A stretch of DNA of 64,000 nt from an uncultured Fibrobacteria bacterium (GCA_963716395.1 OY970309.1:960001-1024000); one strand, 5' to 3'. Numbered from the stretch's first letter, positions 29,103-40,585 are shown. Notes: a model not told the origin generated them from the sequence alone. Made by a program: numbers and translations.

Positions 29103-29660
29103 TCAGGCTTCGGGCGCGGATTCGCCGTTGTCGGTAGCCGCTTCGGCCGGTTTGGAATCGACTGCGGACTCGGTCTTGGACTCGCTCTTGGTAATGTTCA
29201 ATTTTTTACCGGACGGCTTGGGTCGCTTGGATTTGCCTGCGGCTTTGGATGCCTTTTTGGGCTTGCGCGGATTAATTTCTTCTTCCACTAAGGTGATGAG
29301 GGCCTGTTCGCCGCTGTCGCCCACGCGCCGTTCGCCCAATTTCAAAACGCGCGTATACCCCCCGGCGCGCTTGGCGTAACGCTGTCCCAAATTGCCGAAC
29401 AGTTCCTGCAGAACTTTCGGGTCTTTGACGAAACGGGCGGCCTGGCGCCGGGCCGACAAATCGCCTTTCTTGGCATAGGTGATGAGTCGATCCACCAACC
29501 CGCGCACCACCTTGGCTTTGGCCACCGTGGTCACCACCCCGCGGCCCAGAGGCTCTTCTTTGAGTCCCTGGCGCAGTATCGACGTGGCGAGATTGTTCAG
29601 CATGCTTCGGCGATGGTCGGTATTGCGACCCAAACGGTTGCGGACGACTCCGTGTCTCAT
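29103..29660 (-). CDS. rplQ: 50S ribosomal protein L17 with long C-terminal extension
   Basis: MRHG...LGR..HR, TTVAKAK, GGYTR. Confidence 0.96.
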   Translation of the reverse strand: MRHGVVRNRLGRNTDHRRSMLNNLATSILRQGLKEEPLGRGVVTTVAKAKVVRGLVDRLITYAKKGDLSARRQAARFVKDPKVLQELFGNLGQRYAKRAGGYTRVLKLGERRVGDSGEQALITLVEEEINPRKPKKASKAAGKSKRPKPSGKKLNITKSESKTESAVDSKPAEAATDNGESAPEA

Positions 29661-29717
29661 GGCGTGTTTCCTTGCTGGGCCGGACGGCGCTCCGCGCCGA
29701 GCCTCCGGCCGCGGCTG

Positions 29718-30692
29718 CTACTGTTCGTCTCCGAGGTAATAGTCGACATCCATGCCGAAACGCAACCCCATGTTGCTCAAAACTTCGTTCAATTCGATCA
29801 GCGATTTGCGGCCGAAGTTCTTGTATTTGAGCATTTCGCTTTCCTGGTTACGCACCAAGTCCGAGAGCGTATGGATGTTGGCGCAGCGCAGGCAGTTGCT
29901 GGATCGCACCGACAATTCCAACTCGTCGACGCGCATCTTGAGCAATTGCTTGACGCGTTCGCGCTCTTCGTCGCGCACCACCTCTTCGGGGGCTTCGAGA
30001 TCGCCCTCGAAATTGATCAGCATTTCCAAATGATCGACCAACAGCTTCGAGGCGTAGGCCATGGCGTCTTCGGGGTCGATGCTGCCGTCGGTCCACACTT
30101 CCATTTCCAGCCGGTTGAAGTCGGTGTGCTGGCCCACACGCGTGTCCGAGACCTCGTAGGCGACTTTGGAAACCGGACTGAAGTTGGCGTCGATGGGAAT
30201 GACGCCGATGGGATCTTCCTCACGCTTCAGCTCTTCGGACGGCACATAGCCGCGGCCGTCGGAAACCCGCAATTCCATGGTCAGGCTGCCGGTTTTGCTC
30301 AGGGTGGCGAGATGCAAATCGGGATTGAGGATTTGTACGGCCGGGTTTTTTTCGATGTGCTCGGCCCGCACTTCGCCTTCGCCCGACACGTCGATGCGCA
30401 AGGTGGCGTCTTCGTCGGAAAGTAATTTGACCCGCAGTCGCTTCAGATTGAGCAGGATTTCGGCCACATCTTCTTTTACGCCTTCGAGCGTCGAAAACTC
30501 GTGGCTGGCGCCATCGAAGCGCGCCGACACCACGGCCGCTCCCTGCAGATTCGAAAGCAGCACGCGGCGCAAACCATTGCCAAGGGTCACCCCCCAGCCT
30601 CGTTCCAGCGGTTCAATGACGAACTTGCCGTATTTTGAATCGCCTTTTTCCTTGACCAGGCCCTTGGGCATGTGCAGCGCTTTCCATTTCAT
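29718..30692 (-). CDS. rpoA: RNA polymerase alpha subunit
   Basis: EPLERGWGVTLGNGLRRVLLS, LELSVRSSNCL, NFGRKSL. Confidence 0.98.
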   Translation of the reverse strand: MKWKALHMPKGLVKEKGDSKYGKFVIEPLERGWGVTLGNGLRRVLLSNLQGAAVVSARFDGASHEFSTLEGVKEDVAEILLNLKRLRVKLLSDEDATLRIDVSGEGEVRAEHIEKNPAVQILNPDLHLATLSKTGSLTMELRVSDGRGYVPSEELKREEDPIGVIPIDANFSPVSKVAYEVSDTRVGQHTDFNRLEMEVWTDGSIDPEDAMAYASKLLVDHLEMLINFEGDLEAPEEVVRDEERERVKQLLKMRVDELELSVRSSNCLRCANIHTLSDLVRNQESEMLKYKNFGRKSLIELNEVLSNMGLRFGMDVDYYLGDEQ

Positions 30693-30725
30693 TGGATCGA
30701 TCCCTCTCGGTAATTGATTTCCCGC

Positions 30726-31181
30726 TCAGACGCGGCGGCGCTTTTTGGGACGGCACCCGTTATGCGGTACGCCGGTTGCGTCTTTAATGGACATGATTTC
30801 CATGCCCGCTATCTTGAGCGCACGGATGGCCGACTCGCGACCGGCTCCGGCACCCTTCACCCTCACATCCAACTTGCGCATGCCCATTTCATAGGCGGCC
30901 GTGGCGGCCGATTCGGCGGCCACCTGGGCGGCGAAAGGTGTGCTTTTGCGTGAACCTTTGAACCCCACCTTGCCCGGAGAACCCCAGGAGACCACGTTGC
31001 CACGGGCGTCGCTGATGGAAATGATGGTGTTGTTGAACGAGGCCTTCACGCTGCAAAGCCCCTGTACGTCGACCCTGCGCTTGACCTTCTTGACCTTGGC
31101 CTTGGCGTCGCCTTCTTTTGCGGCGCCTTCGGCTTCGGCGGCCGGGGCTTTGGTTTTCTCGGGTGTCTGTGTTTCGGCCAT
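30726..31181 (-). CDS. rpsK: 30S ribosomal protein S11
   Basis: [31 protein letters not shown]. Confidence 0.98.
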   Translation of the reverse strand: MAETQTPEKTKAPAAEAEGAAKEGDAKAKVKKVKRRVDVQGLCSVKASFNNTIISISDARGNVVSWGSPGKVGFKGSRKSTPFAAQVAAESAATAAYEMGMRKLDVRVKGAGAGRESAIRALKIAGMEIMSIKDATGVPHNGCRPKKRRRV

Positions 31182-31187
31182 GGAATC

Positions 31188-31556
31188 CTACTTCTTCTTG
31201 TTGGCGATGGTCTTGCGCGGGCCCTTGCGGGTGCGCGCATTGGTTTTGGTGCGTTGCCCCCGCACCGGCAGGCCCTTGCGGTGGCGCAGGCCGCGGTAGC
31301 TGCCAATATCGACGAGGCGCTTGATGTTGACGGCTACCTGTGCGCGCAAATCGCCTTCGACCTGGTAGCCCGACTCAATCACGCGGCGGAGCTTGGCTAC
31401 ATCGTCTTCGGTCAGGTCGCCGGCTTTTTTGGCGGGATCGACCTTGGCTTTTTCCAGGATAACTTGCGCGTTACGGCGGCCGATGCCGTAGATATAGGTG
31501 AGGGCGATTTCGCACCTCTTGTTGCTGGGAATGTCGACGCCTGCAATGCGTGCCAT
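31188..31556 (-). CDS. rpsM: 30S ribosomal protein S13
   Basis: [34 protein letters not shown]. Confidence 0.98.
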   Translation of the reverse strand: MARIAGVDIPSNKRCEIALTYIYGIGRRNAQVILEKAKVDPAKKAGDLTEDDVAKLRRVIESGYQVEGDLRAQVAVNIKRLVDIGSYRGLRHRKGLPVRGQRTKTNARTRKGPRKTIANKKK

Positions 31557-31561
31557 GTGGA

Positions 31562-31678
31562 TTACCCTTGCCTTTGCTTGTGCCGCGGATTTTTTTTGCA
31601 AATGACGCGCACCACGCCTTTGCGGCGCACGATTTTGCAATGTTCGCAACGCGGTTTAACCGATGCCCTGACTTTCAT
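31562..31678 (-). CDS. rpmJ: 50S ribosomal protein L36
   Basis: Hand translation [38 protein letters not shown] (below the ORF-track cutoff). Confidence 0.95.
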   Translation of the reverse strand: MKVRASVKPRCEHCKIVRRKGVVRVICKKNPRHKQRQG

Positions 31679-31691
31679 GACTGCCAACCCT

Positions 31692-31910
31692 TCACTTGTG
31701 CCGATATGTAATACGGCCCCGGGTCAGGTCGTAGGGGGACAATTCTAACAACACGCGGTCATTCGGTAAAATGCGGATATAGTTCTTGCGCATTTTGCCG
31801 CTGATATGGGCCAAAATCACGTGTCCATTGTCCAATTCAACCTTGAACATGGCGTTCGGCAAAGCCTCGACCACGCGTCCCTCGACCTGAATTCCTTCTT
31901 GTTTCGACAC
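31692..31910 (-). CDS. infA: Translation initiation factor IF-1
   Basis: [32 protein letters not shown]; GTG overlaps the secY stop (TAGTG). Confidence 0.97.
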   Translation of the reverse strand: MSKQEGIQVEGRVVEALPNAMFKVELDNGHVILAHISGKMRKNYIRILPNDRVLLELSPYDLTRGRITYRHK

Positions 31911-33238
31911 TAATATCCCCTGCGACCGCGAATTTTGCCCCGCCGCAAGAAGCCGTCGTAATGCTGGTTCTGTAAATGCGTCTGGAACTGGCGGAGTGTG
32001 TCCAGCGCCACGCCGATGGCGATGAGCACCGAAGTGCCGCCGATGTAAAACGTCAGGTTCAGGGCTTGCTTCAAATGCAGGGGCCCCACACTGATGATGG
32101 CCAGAAAAATTGCACCTGGAAGTGTGACGCGTGTCAAAATCTGATCGATGAATTCGGCCGTGCGCCGGCCCGGACGCACGCCGGGAATGAAGCCGCCGGA
32201 TTTTTTGAGGTTGTCGGCGATTTCCTTGGGGTTGTAGATGATGGCCGTGTAGAAGTACGCGAAGAACACGATGAGCAGCGAGAAACTGACCGAGTACACC
32301 CAATTGCCGGGAAGAAAGGCGGCGCCGAAGGCCTGGGCCGCGCTCCAGTCGGGAACCCAGGTGGCGAGTTGCATGGGCACGAAGAGGATGGCAGAGGCGA
32401 AAATCACCGGCATGACACCGGCGGTGTTCACCTTGAACGGCAAGAAACTGCTCTGGCCGCCCATGACTTTGCGGCCCACGACGCGCTTGGGGCTTTGCAG
32501 GGGAATGCGGCGCGTGCCTTGATCGATGAAGATGATGAAGGTGATGATGGCCAGCACCATGACGAGAATCACCGCCAGCATGGGCACGCTGCGTTCCCCG
32601 GTCAGCACCAATTCGGCTTCGCTGAACACCGCCGTGGGCATGCGCGACATGATGCCGATGAAAATCACCAGCGAAGTGCCGTTGCCGATGCCACGCGCCG
32701 TAATCTGATCGCCCAGCCACAGGATGAACATGCTGCCCGACGTTAAAGTCAAGGCCGTCAAGAGCGTAAAACCCATTCGGCTCATGCCTCCGAGCACCAG
32801 GCTTTGGCCCGTCGAAGTCGATTGGCTGAACAACCAATTGCCGACCCCGAATCCCTGAAAGAAGCAAATCAGAATGGTGAGGTAGCGCGTCCACTGATTG
32901 AGCTTGTTGCGGCCTTCTTGGCCCTGCTTTTGCAGCGCTTGCACGCTGGGAATGACCGAGCCCATGATTTGAATGATGATGGAGGCCGAAATGTAGGGCA
33001 TGATGCCCAGCGAAAACACCGACGCGCGCTGCAGCGCGCCGCCCACGAAGGTGTTGTACAACCCGAATAGGTTGTTGCGATCGTTGTTGAAAAAAGCGGA
33101 AATGGCGTGGTTGTTGATGCCGGGCAGGGGCACGAAACTGCCCACCCGATACACGGCCAAAAGACCGAATGTGAAAAAAATTCGGTCCCGCAAATCCTTG
33201 ATGCGGAAGACGTTGAGAAAACCCTGAAGGGCTTGCAC
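31910..33238 (-). CDS. secY: Preprotein translocase subunit SecY
   Basis: [39 protein letters not shown]; GTG start at 33238. Confidence 0.97.
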   Translation of the reverse strand: MQALQGFLNVFRIKDLRDRIFFTFGLLAVYRVGSFVPLPGINNHAISAFFNNDRNNLFGLYNTFVGGALQRASVFSLGIMPYISASIIIQIMGSVIPSVQALQKQGQEGRNKLNQWTRYLTILICFFQGFGVGNWLFSQSTSTGQSLVLGGMSRMGFTLLTALTLTSGSMFILWLGDQITARGIGNGTSLVIFIGIMSRMPTAVFSEAELVLTGERSVPMLAVILVMVLAIITFIIFIDQGTRRIPLQSPKRVVGRKVMGGQSSFLPFKVNTAGVMPVIFASAILFVPMQLATWVPDWSAAQAFGAAFLPGNWVYSVSFSLLIVFFAYFYTAIIYNPKEIADNLKKSGGFIPGVRPGRRTAEFIDQILTRVTLPGAIFLAIISVGPLHLKQALNLTFYIGGTSVLIAIGVALDTLRQFQTHLQNQHYDGFLRRGKIRGRRGY

Positions 33239-33240
33239 GG

Positions 33241-33678
33241 TTAAATGACCTCGGCTTTTCCTCCGGCCGCTTCCAAAGCCTGTTTGGCCGAAGCGCTGAA
33301 CCGGTTGGCCCGCACGTGCAGGGGTTTTGTGATCTTGCCTTTGCCGAGCACTTTGACCAGAAGGTCGTCGCGCCCGATAAGGCCGGCCTGGACCATGTCG
33401 GCGGGTGTCACCGAATCGGTGAAGCGCTGGTCCAAAACGCCCAGGTTGACGATTTGCACTTCGGGGAAATGGGAGTTGAATCCGCGTTTGGGAACACGAC
33501 GTTGAAAGGGGTTTTGACCGCCTTCGAAACCGACGCCGCCCGCGCCCGGGCTCTTGCGCGCGCCGGCGCCCTTTTGGCCTTTGCCGCAGGTTTTGCCGAT
33601 GCCTGATCCCGTGCCACGCCCGACTTTGAAGCGTTTTTTCATGGCACCTTTGGCCGGACGCAATTGGTTGAGCTTCAT
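33241..33678 (-). CDS. rplO: 50S ribosomal protein L15
   Basis: [22 protein letters not shown]. Confidence 0.97.
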   Translation of the reverse strand: MKLNQLRPAKGAMKKRFKVGRGTGSGIGKTCGKGQKGAGARKSPGAGGVGFEGGQNPFQRRVPKRGFNSHFPEVQIVNLGVLDQRFTDSVTPADMVQAGLIGRDDLLVKVLGKGKITKPLHVRANRFSASAKQALEAAGGKAEVI

Positions 33679-33863
33679 GCCGAAACCTCCTCGACCCGCA
33701 CCAGATGCCCCACAACCTTGAGCATGCCTTCCAGCGCGGGCGATTTTTTCTGCACCACGGCATGGCGAATGCGCCGCAGGCCCAACGCCTCCAAGGTGCG
33801 GATTTGTTTTTCCAGACAGCGGTTGGAGCTGCGGATTTGGGTGATTTTTAGGCGCGTTTCCAT
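33675..33863 (-). CDS. rpmD: 50S ribosomal protein L30
   Basis: LKITQIRS, LEALGLRR; position in the spc operon. Confidence 0.95.
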   Translation of the reverse strand: METRLKITQIRSSNRCLEKQIRTLEALGLRRIRHAVVQKKSPALEGMLKVVGHLVRVEEVSA

Positions 33864-33876
33864 GGATTGCCCCGAC

Positions 33877-34359
33877 TTATTTCGATCCCTGGCGCAAAGC
33901 CGTAAACTCTTTGCGCGAACGTTGTTTCATCAGTCCGCCCAAAACGGCCTTGACCACATTGTGGGGATTGGTGGAACCAATGCTTTTGGTGAGCACATCG
34001 TGTACGCCCGCCAGTTCAAGCACGGCGCGCGCCGCGCCGCCCGCAATCACGCCGGTACCCGGCGAAGCGGGGCGCATAAACACTTTGGCCGCGCCGAAGA
34101 TGGCATAAATTTCGTGGGGAATGGTTTTTTCGCGCAACACCACGTCGACCATGTTTTTATGCGCATTTTCGGTGGCCTTGCGGATGGCCTCGGCGACTTC
34201 ATTGGCCTTGCCCGAGCCGATGCCGACGCGGCCGTTGCCGTTGCCCACCACCACGATGGAATTGAAGCTGAAGCGGCGTCCGCCCTTCACCACCTTGGCG
34301 CAGCGGTTGATGGCGACAACCTTTTCCTGAAATTCGGTTTTGTTTTCGGTTTCCAACAT
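33877..34359 (-). CDS. rpsE: 30S ribosomal protein S5
   Basis: [24 protein letters not shown]. Confidence 0.97.
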   Translation of the reverse strand: MLETENKTEFQEKVVAINRCAKVVKGGRRFSFNSIVVVGNGNGRVGIGSGKANEVAEAIRKATENAHKNMVDVVLREKTIPHEIYAIFGAAKVFMRPASPGTGVIAGGAARAVLELAGVHDVLTKSIGSTNPHNVVKAVLGGLMKQRSRKEFTALRQGSK

Positions 34360-34370
34360 GCGTCCTTTGG

Positions 34371-34745
34371 TTAGAAATCGAGGCCGGCCTCGCGGGCGGC
34401 CTCGGCCACGGCTTTAACCCGGCCATGATAAAGGTATCCGCCCCGATCAAACACCACCTGTTTGATGCCTTGCTCCAGAGCGCGTTGGGCCATGAGTCGG
34501 CCCACTTCTTTCGACACTTCGACCTTGGCTTTCTCTTCGCGCAGCTTGCGGATTTCCGGAGCCAGCGAAGAAATCTGCAGCAGAGATCGCCCGCTCTGAT
34601 CGTCGACGATCTGGGCGTAGATGTGATTCAGGCTGCGGCGCACGCATAGACGCGGGCGCTCGGCCGAACCGGCCAGGCGCTTGCGGATGCGCTCATGGCG
34701 TGCCTTGCGGGTTTTGCGGCGGACTAGGGATTTATCGGCGAACAT
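34371..34745 (-). CDS. rplR: 50S ribosomal protein L18
   Basis: [25 protein letters not shown]. Confidence 0.97.
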   Translation of the reverse strand: MFADKSLVRRKTRKARHERIRKRLAGSAERPRLCVRRSLNHIYAQIVDDQSGRSLLQISSLAPEIRKLREEKAKVEVSKEVGRLMAQRALEQGIKQVVFDRGGYLYHGRVKAVAEAAREAGLDF

Positions 34746-34778
34746 GGCTTCCTTGTGGGTTTGGCAACCGTAGTAGGG

Positions 34779-35312
34779 TTACGTCTTCTTCACTTCTTTC
34801 TGGATGACTTGTTCGTTGGCGTAGCGCACGCCTTTGCCCTTGTAAGGCTCGGGCGGTTTGAAGCCGCGCAGATTGGCCGCCACCTGGCCCACCGCCTGGC
34901 GATCCACGCCTTCGACGATAAGCTTGACGTTGCCGTCGACCTTGACGGTGACGCCCGCCGGCGGCTGGTACACGATGGGGTGCGAATAGCCGAGCAAGAG
35001 ATTGACGGCCTTGCCCTTTTGCTCGCCGCGATAACCGACTCCGCGGATTTCCAGTTCGCGGGTCCATCCCTTGTGTACGCCGACGATGACATTGTAGACC
35101 AGCGCGCGCGACATGCCGTGCAAGGCCTTGTCGGTTTTGGCTTCGGAGGCGCGTTTCAGAACCAGGACATCGCCCTCGCGCACCACCGAAACGCGTTCGT
35201 GCAGCGTGATGGCCAGCTTGCCCTTGGGCCCTTCGGCCTGCAGGGTGCGGCCCTGGATGTTCACCTTGACGCCGGTCGGAATCTTCACGGGCGCCTTGCC
35301 AACTCGAGACAT
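34779..35312 (-). CDS. rplF: 50S ribosomal protein L6
   Basis: MSRVGK.P, GVGYR, PEPYKGKG. Confidence 0.97.
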   Translation of the reverse strand: MSRVGKAPVKIPTGVKVNIQGRTLQAEGPKGKLAITLHERVSVVREGDVLVLKRASEAKTDKALHGMSRALVYNVIVGVHKGWTRELEIRGVGYRGEQKGKAVNLLLGYSHPIVYQPPAGVTVKVDGNVKLIVEGVDRQAVGQVAANLRGFKPPEPYKGKGVRYANEQVIQKEVKKT

Positions 35313-35328
35313 CGAAATTCCTCTCTTC

Positions 35329-35727
35329 CTACCAAACCTTGCATAACACTTCGCCGCCCACGCGCTGCTGGCGGCATTCATAATCGGTCAGCACCCCTTT
35401 GGAGGTGGAGACGATAGCCACACCCAAGCCGTTTTTCACCTTGGGCAACCGGCCCACGCCGGCATAGGTGCGTCCGCCCGGAGAGCTGACGCGCACCAGG
35501 CCCTGAATGGCGGGCTGGCCGTCGGTGTAGCGGAGCAGCAGCTTCATCCAGCCTTGCTTGTCGTCGTCGAGAATTACGAATTTCTCCACGAAGTTTTGGC
35601 GCACCAGGATTTTGGCCACTTCGCGGCGCAGCTTCGAGGCCGGCATCTCGACCACGCGGCGCCCCGCCATGGTGGCGTTGCGAATGCGCGTGAGCATGTC
35701 GCTGATGGAATCGTTTACTCGGCTCAT
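35329..35727 (-). CDS. rpsH: 30S ribosomal protein S8
   Basis: DMLTRIRNA, VSTSKG, GGEVLC.VW. Confidence 0.97.
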   Translation of the reverse strand: MSRVNDSISDMLTRIRNATMAGRRVVEMPASKLRREVAKILVRQNFVEKFVILDDDKQGWMKLLLRYTDGQPAIQGLVRVSSPGGRTYAGVGRLPKVKNGLGVAIVSTSKGVLTDYECRQQRVGGEVLCKVW

Positions 35728-35752
35728 CGTATTGGTTCTCTCTTTCCGGTTC

Positions 35753-35938
35753 TCACCAGGACGCCTTGGTCACGCCGGGAATGTCGCCCTGCAACGCCAG
35801 TTCGCGAAAGCAAATTCGGCACAGCCCGAACTTGCGCAAGAAGGCGCGAGCCCGACCGCAACGCCGACAGCGGTGGTAACCGCGGACTTTGAACTTGGGG
35901 GTCCGCTTCTGTTTTTCGATCATCGATCGCTTGGCCAT
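35753..35938 (-). CDS. rpsN: 30S ribosomal protein S14 (type Z, Zn-binding)
   Basis: [22 protein letters not shown]. Confidence 0.97.
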   Translation of the reverse strand: MAKRSMIEKQKRTPKFKVRGYHRCRRCGRARAFLRKFGLCRICFRELALQGDIPGVTKASW

Positions 35939-35962
35939 GATTTTTCCTTTTTACGCCCCCGC

Positions 35963-36502
35963 TCACTTGCGGAAGGGCATCCCCAACGCCTGCAACAGCG
36001 CGCGGCAACCTTCGTCGTTCTTGGCGCTGGTCACGAAGGTCACATCCATGCCGAGCACCTGGGTAATTTTGTCGTAACTCACTTCGAGGAAGATGATCAG
36101 CTCTTTGACTCCGAAGGTGTAATTGCCCAGTCCGTCGAAGCCGCGCCGCGGAATGCCGCGAAAGTCGCGCACACGCGGCAGGGCGATGGAGATCAGGCGT
36201 TCGAGAAAATCCCACATGCGGTCGCCGTGCAAGGTCACCTTGGCGCCGATGGGCATGTTTTCTTTGAGTTTGAAATTCGAGATGGCCTTCTTGGCCCGCG
36301 TGGTGATCGCCTTCTGCCCGGTTATCCCGGTCAAAGTGGTGACGGCTTCATCGATGAGGCGCTGATTGCTCGCAGCCTCGCCCACGCCCATGTTCAACAC
36401 GATTTTTTCCAGGCGCGGCACTTCCATAGGATTGCGGAGGCCCAGTTCTTTGACCAAAAACGGAATCACTTCCGTGCGGTACTTTTCTTTCAACTTCGCC
36501 AT
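35963..36502 (-). CDS. rplE: 50S ribosomal protein L5
   Basis: KIVLNMGVG, ALPRVRDFRG, FDGLGNY. Confidence 0.97.
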   Translation of the reverse strand: MAKLKEKYRTEVIPFLVKELGLRNPMEVPRLEKIVLNMGVGEAASNQRLIDEAVTTLTGITGQKAITTRAKKAISNFKLKENMPIGAKVTLHGDRMWDFLERLISIALPRVRDFRGIPRRGFDGLGNYTFGVKELIIFLEVSYDKITQVLGMDVTFVTSAKNDEGCRALLQALGMPFRK

Positions 36503-36514
36503 GCTTCCTTCCGC

Positions 36515-36826
36515 CTACTCCAGGGGCTTTCCCGTTTTCTTTTCGACCCGCACCCGCTTGCCGTCCACAACGCGGCGCACGACCTTCACCGGATCGCCTT
36601 CTTTGCTCACCAGCACGATGTTGGAAATATGAATCGACAGCTCCCGTTCGACGATGCCGCCCTGCTGATTTTCCTGCGTCGGGCGCTGGTGCTTCTTACC
36701 CATGTTCACGCCTTCGACGAGGACGCGGCCCGTGTCTTTGAACACACGTACGATCTTTCCGGTTTTGCCGGTAGCCTTGCCGGAAATCACCCGGACTTGG
36801 TCGAGTTTCTTCAGCTTGAGCGCCAT
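36515..36826 (-). CDS. rplX: 50S ribosomal protein L24
   Basis: KOW region; VLVEGVN, GGI...E..IHISN. Confidence 0.96.
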   Translation of the reverse strand: MALKLKKLDQVRVISGKATGKTGKIVRVFKDTGRVLVEGVNMGKKHQRPTQENQQGGIVERELSIHISNIVLVSKEGDPVKVVRRVVDGKRVRVEKKTGKPLE

Positions 36827-37195
36827 TTATATCACCTCCGGAGCCAACGAAACGATTTTCATGAATTGGCGGTCGCGCAATTCGCGGGCCACCGGTCCGA
36901 AAATGCGCGAACCTTTGGGTTCTTTCGCTTCGTTGACGATGACGACGGCGTTGTCTCCGAAGCGAATCGAAGAACCGTCGCGGCGTTTCACTTCGCGGAT
37001 GGTGCGGACCACCACGGCGCGCTGCACGCTGCCCTTTTTCACCGCGCTGGTGGGCGTCGCGTCTTTCACCGACACCACGATAATGTCGCCCAAGGTGGCA
37101 TAACGCCGGCGCGTTCCGCCCAGCACTTTGATGCACTGCACCTTTTTGGCGCCGGAGTTGTCGGCCACGTTGAGCCGCGTCTGTTGCTGAATCAT
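36827..37195 (-). CDS. rplN: 50S ribosomal protein L14
   Basis: [24 protein letters not shown]. Confidence 0.98.
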   Translation of the reverse strand: MIQQQTRLNVADNSGAKKVQCIKVLGGTRRRYATLGDIIVVSVKDATPTSAVKKGSVQRAVVVRTIREVKRRDGSSIRFGDNAVVIVNEAKEPKGSRIFGPVARELRDRQFMKIVSLAPEVI

Positions 37196-37205
37196 CGCCC
37201 GTCCC

Positions 37206-37475
37206 CTACTTCTTCCGCTCGACGATGCGCAAAAGGCGCCAGCGCTTGTCTTTGCTCAAGCGGCGGGTTTCCATGATTTCCACCGTGTCGCCTTCGTGCG
37301 CGTCATTGTTTTCGTCGTGCGCCTTGAACTTCACGGTGTTGTGCACCGTCTTGCCGTATAAGGGATGCGACTTGCGGTTAACCGTGATCACGGTAATAGT
37401 CTTGTTCATCTTATCGCTGGTCACGAGACCGACGCGCACCTTGCGCCGATTCACACGTTTGGTTTGTTCTTCCAT
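37206..37475 (-). CDS. rpsQ: 30S ribosomal protein S17
   Basis: [24 protein letters not shown]. Confidence 0.97.
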   Translation of the reverse strand: MEEQTKRVNRRKVRVGLVTSDKMNKTITVITVNRKSHPLYGKTVHNTVKFKAHDENNDAHEGDTVEIMETRRLSKDKRWRLLRIVERKK

Positions 37476-37493
37476 AATCTTCTGCGCAGGCCG

Positions 37494-37694
37494 TTACGGC
37501 TTTTGCCCTTTCTTCTCGCGCAGCACGGTGCGCGACCTCGCGATGTCGCGCCGCAAATGGTGCAGGCTCGCGGTGTTTTCCAGCTTGCCCAAAACCGACT
37601 GTAGCCGGCTGTTGAACAACTGCGTCTCCATTTCCTTGATCTTGGCCTCCAAGGTGTCGGAGGCCATTTCGCGGTACTCGGCCGGCTTAGCCAT
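37494..37694 (-). CDS. rpmC: 50S ribosomal protein L29
   Basis: LFN.RLQ...G.LEN, RRDIAR; position in the S10 operon. Confidence 0.93.
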   Translation of the reverse strand: MAKPAEYREMASDTLEAKIKEMETQLFNSRLQSVLGKLENTASLHHLRRDIARSRTVLREKKGQKP

Positions 37695-38100
37695 TTTCCA
37701 CCTCCACGATTTTGCAACGGATGGGGAGCTTTTGCGCGGCCACGCCCAGGGCCTCCAGGGCCAGGGCACGATCCACGCCGCCCATCTCGAACAAGACCCG
37801 GCCGGCCAAAACCACCGCCACCCAGCCTTCGACATTGCCCTTGCCCGAACCCATGCGCGTTTCGGCCGGCTTCTTGGTGAAGGGTTTGTCGGGAAAAACC
37901 CGAATCCACACCTGCCCGCCGCGCTTGATTTTGCGGGTCATGGCAATGCGCGCCGCTTCGATTTGGCGGTTGGTGACCCAGGCCGATTCCAACGCCTGAA
38001 TGCCGTATTCTCCGAAGGCCAAGGTGGTTCCGCGAGGCGCCGTGCCTTTCATCTTGCCCTTCTGGGTCTTGCGCCATTTGACTTTCTTCGGACTCAACAT
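37687..38100 (-). CDS. rplP: 50S ribosomal protein L16
   Basis: [15 protein letters not shown]. Confidence 0.98.
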   Translation of the reverse strand: MLSPKKVKWRKTQKGKMKGTAPRGTTLAFGEYGIQALESAWVTNRQIEAARIAMTRKIKRGGQVWIRVFPDKPFTKKPAETRMGSGKGNVEGWVAVVLAGRVLFEMGGVDRALALEALGVAAQKLPIRCKIVEVENG

Positions 38101-38771
38101 CAGGCCAGCGCCCTTTCACCCTCGTGTTGGGAGCTCAGTTCGTCTTTCTTCAAAATCTCGCCTTTGAAAATCCACACCTTGATGCCGATGGTGCCAAAGG
38201 TGGTTTCGGCGCGCGCCTGCGCATAATCGATGTCGGCGCGCAAAGTTTGCAGGGGAATGCGGCCGTCACGCGATTTTTCCGTGCGCGCGATTTCGGCGCC
38301 GCCGAGTCGTCCGCTGCAAACGATTTTAATGCCCTGGGCCCCGAGGCGCATGGAACTGGCCACGGCTTTTTTCATGCAGCGGCGAAAAGCCACGCGTTTT
38401 TCCAATTGCCGCGCGATGTTTTCGGCCACGAGCTGCGCATCGATTTCGGGACGTTTGATCTCGCGGATGTTGATGTAAATCTCTTTGCCCGTCAGATGCT
38501 GCAATTCTCCGCGCAGCCGTTCGACTTCTTCGCCCTTCTTGCCGATCACCACGCCGGGGCGGGCGGTGAAAATGCCGATGGTGACTTCTTTCACCGTGCG
38601 TTCGATGCTGACGTTGGAAAGGCTGGCATGGCCCAGGCGCTTGCGCAGATAGCGGCGGATCACGAGATCTTCATATAGGAGATCCGCGAAATTCTTTTCC
38701 GCGTACCAACGCGAATTCCAGGTCTTGATGACTCCGAGACGGAATCCAATCGGATGGGTTTTTTGTCCCAC
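38100..38771 (-). CDS. rpsC: 30S ribosomal protein S3
   Basis: [32 protein letters not shown]. Confidence 0.98.
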   Translation of the reverse strand: MGQKTHPIGFRLGVIKTWNSRWYAEKNFADLLYEDLVIRRYLRKRLGHASLSNVSIERTVKEVTIGIFTARPGVVIGKKGEEVERLRGELQHLTGKEIYINIREIKRPEIDAQLVAENIARQLEKRVAFRRCMKKAVASSMRLGAQGIKIVCSGRLGGAEIARTEKSRDGRIPLQTLRADIDYAQARAETTFGTIGIKVWIFKGEILKKDELSSQHEGERALA

Positions 38772-38783
38772 GCATTACCTCCG

Positions 38784-39125
38784 CTAGTCCGACACCACGA
38801 CGGTGAGATGGCTCAGCTTTTTTTCAATCCGGAAGGCCCGGCCCTGCGCCCGTGCCCGCGTGCGCTTGACCAGCGGCCCGGCGTCGACGAAAGCCGACTT
38901 CACGACCAGGGTTTTACCGCGACCCGTGCCTTCTTGTTTGACCTGCCAGTTGGCGACCGCGGCTTTCAACACTTTGTCGAGCATGCGCGCCGCCTTCTTG
39001 CGCGGCTTCAATCCGAACAAGAGGTCCGAGGCCGCATCCACGGATTTTCCGCGAATCATGTCGGCGACTTGGCGCATGCGATTGGTCGATGACCGCAAGT
39101 ACCGGGCTTTGGCGATGGCTTCCAT
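38784..39125 (-). CDS. rplV: 50S ribosomal protein L22
   Basis: ADMIRGK, AVAN, RAQGRA, SHLTV. Confidence 0.95.
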   Translation of the reverse strand: MEAIAKARYLRSSTNRMRQVADMIRGKSVDAASDLLFGLKPRKKAARMLDKVLKAAVANWQVKQEGTGRGKTLVVKSAFVDAGPLVKRTRARAQGRAFRIEKKLSHLTVVVSD

Positions 39126-39138
39126 AAATTTTCTCCGC

Positions 39139-39441
39139 CTACCGTTTCGAGGCGCCGCCGGACGGCGCGGGTTTGGCTTTTTCCGAGCGCACATGCCCGC
39201 GAAAGGTGCGGGTCAGCGCGAACTCGCCCAATTTGTGTCCGACCATGTTTTCGGTGATGAACACCGGAATAAAAGTTTTGCCGTTGTGGATGGCGATGGT
39301 TTGTCCCACGAATTCGGGCGTGACAGTCGAACGGCGGCTCCAGGTTTTGACGGCGGTTTTCTTGCCGCCTTGGCCCGAGCCCTGCACCTTTTTCAAAAGA
39401 TGCGTGTCGACGAAGGCGCCTTTTTTGAGTGAACGAGGCAT
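39139..39441 (-). CDS. rpsS: 30S ribosomal protein S19
   Basis: [23 protein letters not shown]. Confidence 0.98.
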   Translation of the reverse strand: MPRSLKKGAFVDTHLLKKVQGSGQGGKKTAVKTWSRRSTVTPEFVGQTIAIHNGKTFIPVFITENMVGHKLGEFALTRTFRGHVRSEKAKPAPSGGASKR

Positions 39442-39452
39442 GACGATTCCTT

Positions 39453-40283
39453 TTAAACGTTCTTGGGTCGGCGGCGCACGATGAATTGATCGGTGCGTTT
39501 GTTGTTCCGGGTCCTTTTGCCTTTGGCCTTTTTGCCCCAGGGCGAAACCGGGTGTCCGCCGCCCGAGGTTTTGCCTTCACCGCCGCCCATGGGATGATCG
39601 ATGGGGTTCATGGCCACACCCCGCACCTTGGGACGCTTGCCCAGCCAGCGCGATCGGCCCGCCGATCCGCTGACGACGTTGTTGTGCTCGGTATTGCCCA
39701 CGCGTCCGATGGTGGCGCGACAATTCACATGCACCAGCCGGATTTCTCCCGAGGGAAGCTTGAGATGGGCGTAATCGCCTTCACGCGCCACGAGTTCGGC
39801 CTGGGTGCCGGCGGCACGCGCCAATTGCGCGCCCTTGCCCGGACGCAATTCGATATTATGCACGAAGGTGTTGAGCGGCAACTTGCCCAGCGTCAACACG
39901 TTTCCCGGTTCCAGTGCTGCATCTTCTTTGGCCACGATGGTCTGGCCCGTCTTGACCCCCTCGGGTGCGATGATGTAGCGGCGCTGCCCGTCTTGATAGC
40001 GCACCAGGGCGATGTAGGCGGTGCGGTTGGGATCGTATTCGATGGTCTCGATCACGGCCGGAATGCCCACGCGCTCGCGGCGGAAATCGATCTCGCGGTA
40101 GCGCTGCTTGTGTCCGGAACCCCGGCGGCGCATGGTGATGATGCCGCGATGGTTGCGGCCGGCGTGTTCTTTGCGTCCGACCGTCAGCGGTTTGTAGGGC
40201 TTGTCCGTGGTCAGTTCCGAAAAGTCCGGCGTTTGCTTGTAACGCAGGGTTTCGGTCAGCGGTCGATAAGATTTCAACGGCAT
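39453..40283 (-). CDS. rplB: 50S ribosomal protein L2
   Basis: [23 protein letters not shown]. Confidence 0.98.
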   Translation of the reverse strand: MPLKSYRPLTETLRYKQTPDFSELTTDKPYKPLTVGRKEHAGRNHRGIITMRRRGSGHKQRYREIDFRRERVGIPAVIETIEYDPNRTAYIALVRYQDGQRRYIIAPEGVKTGQTIVAKEDAALEPGNVLTLGKLPLNTFVHNIELRPGKGAQLARAAGTQAELVAREGDYAHLKLPSGEIRLVHVNCRATIGRVGNTEHNNVVSGSAGRSRWLGKRPKVRGVAMNPIDHPMGGGEGKTSGGGHPVSPWGKKAKGKRTRNNKRTDQFIVRRRPKNV

Positions 40284-40300
40284 GGTTTTTTCTGTCCTGC

Positions 40301-40585
40301 TTACTCGAGTTCCTTGATAGTGTCGCCGGTTTGCAAACGCACGACCGCTTTTTTCCAAGCAGGTCGACGTCCGGGGATGCCGCGTACCTGTTTGATCTTT
40401 CCCGGCCCGCGCAGGGTGTTCACCGCCATAACCTTCACATCGAAGCGGCTTTCCACGGCTTTTTTGATTTCGCTTTTATTGGCCGACACCGGCACCCGAA
40501 AGGTGTATTGGTTAGCGGCGGCGCGTCGCGCCAGCGACTTTTCGGAAAGCAGGGGAAATTCGAGAATCCGATTCAATGGTTTCAT
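40301..40585 (-). CDS. rplW: 50S ribosomal protein L23
   Basis: SEK, YTFRV...ANK.EIK.AVE, WKKA.V.L. Confidence 0.96.
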   Translation of the reverse strand: MKPLNRILEFPLLSEKSLARRAAANQYTFRVPVSANKSEIKKAVESRFDVKVMAVNTLRGPGKIKQVRGIPGRRPAWKKAVVRLQTGDTIKELE

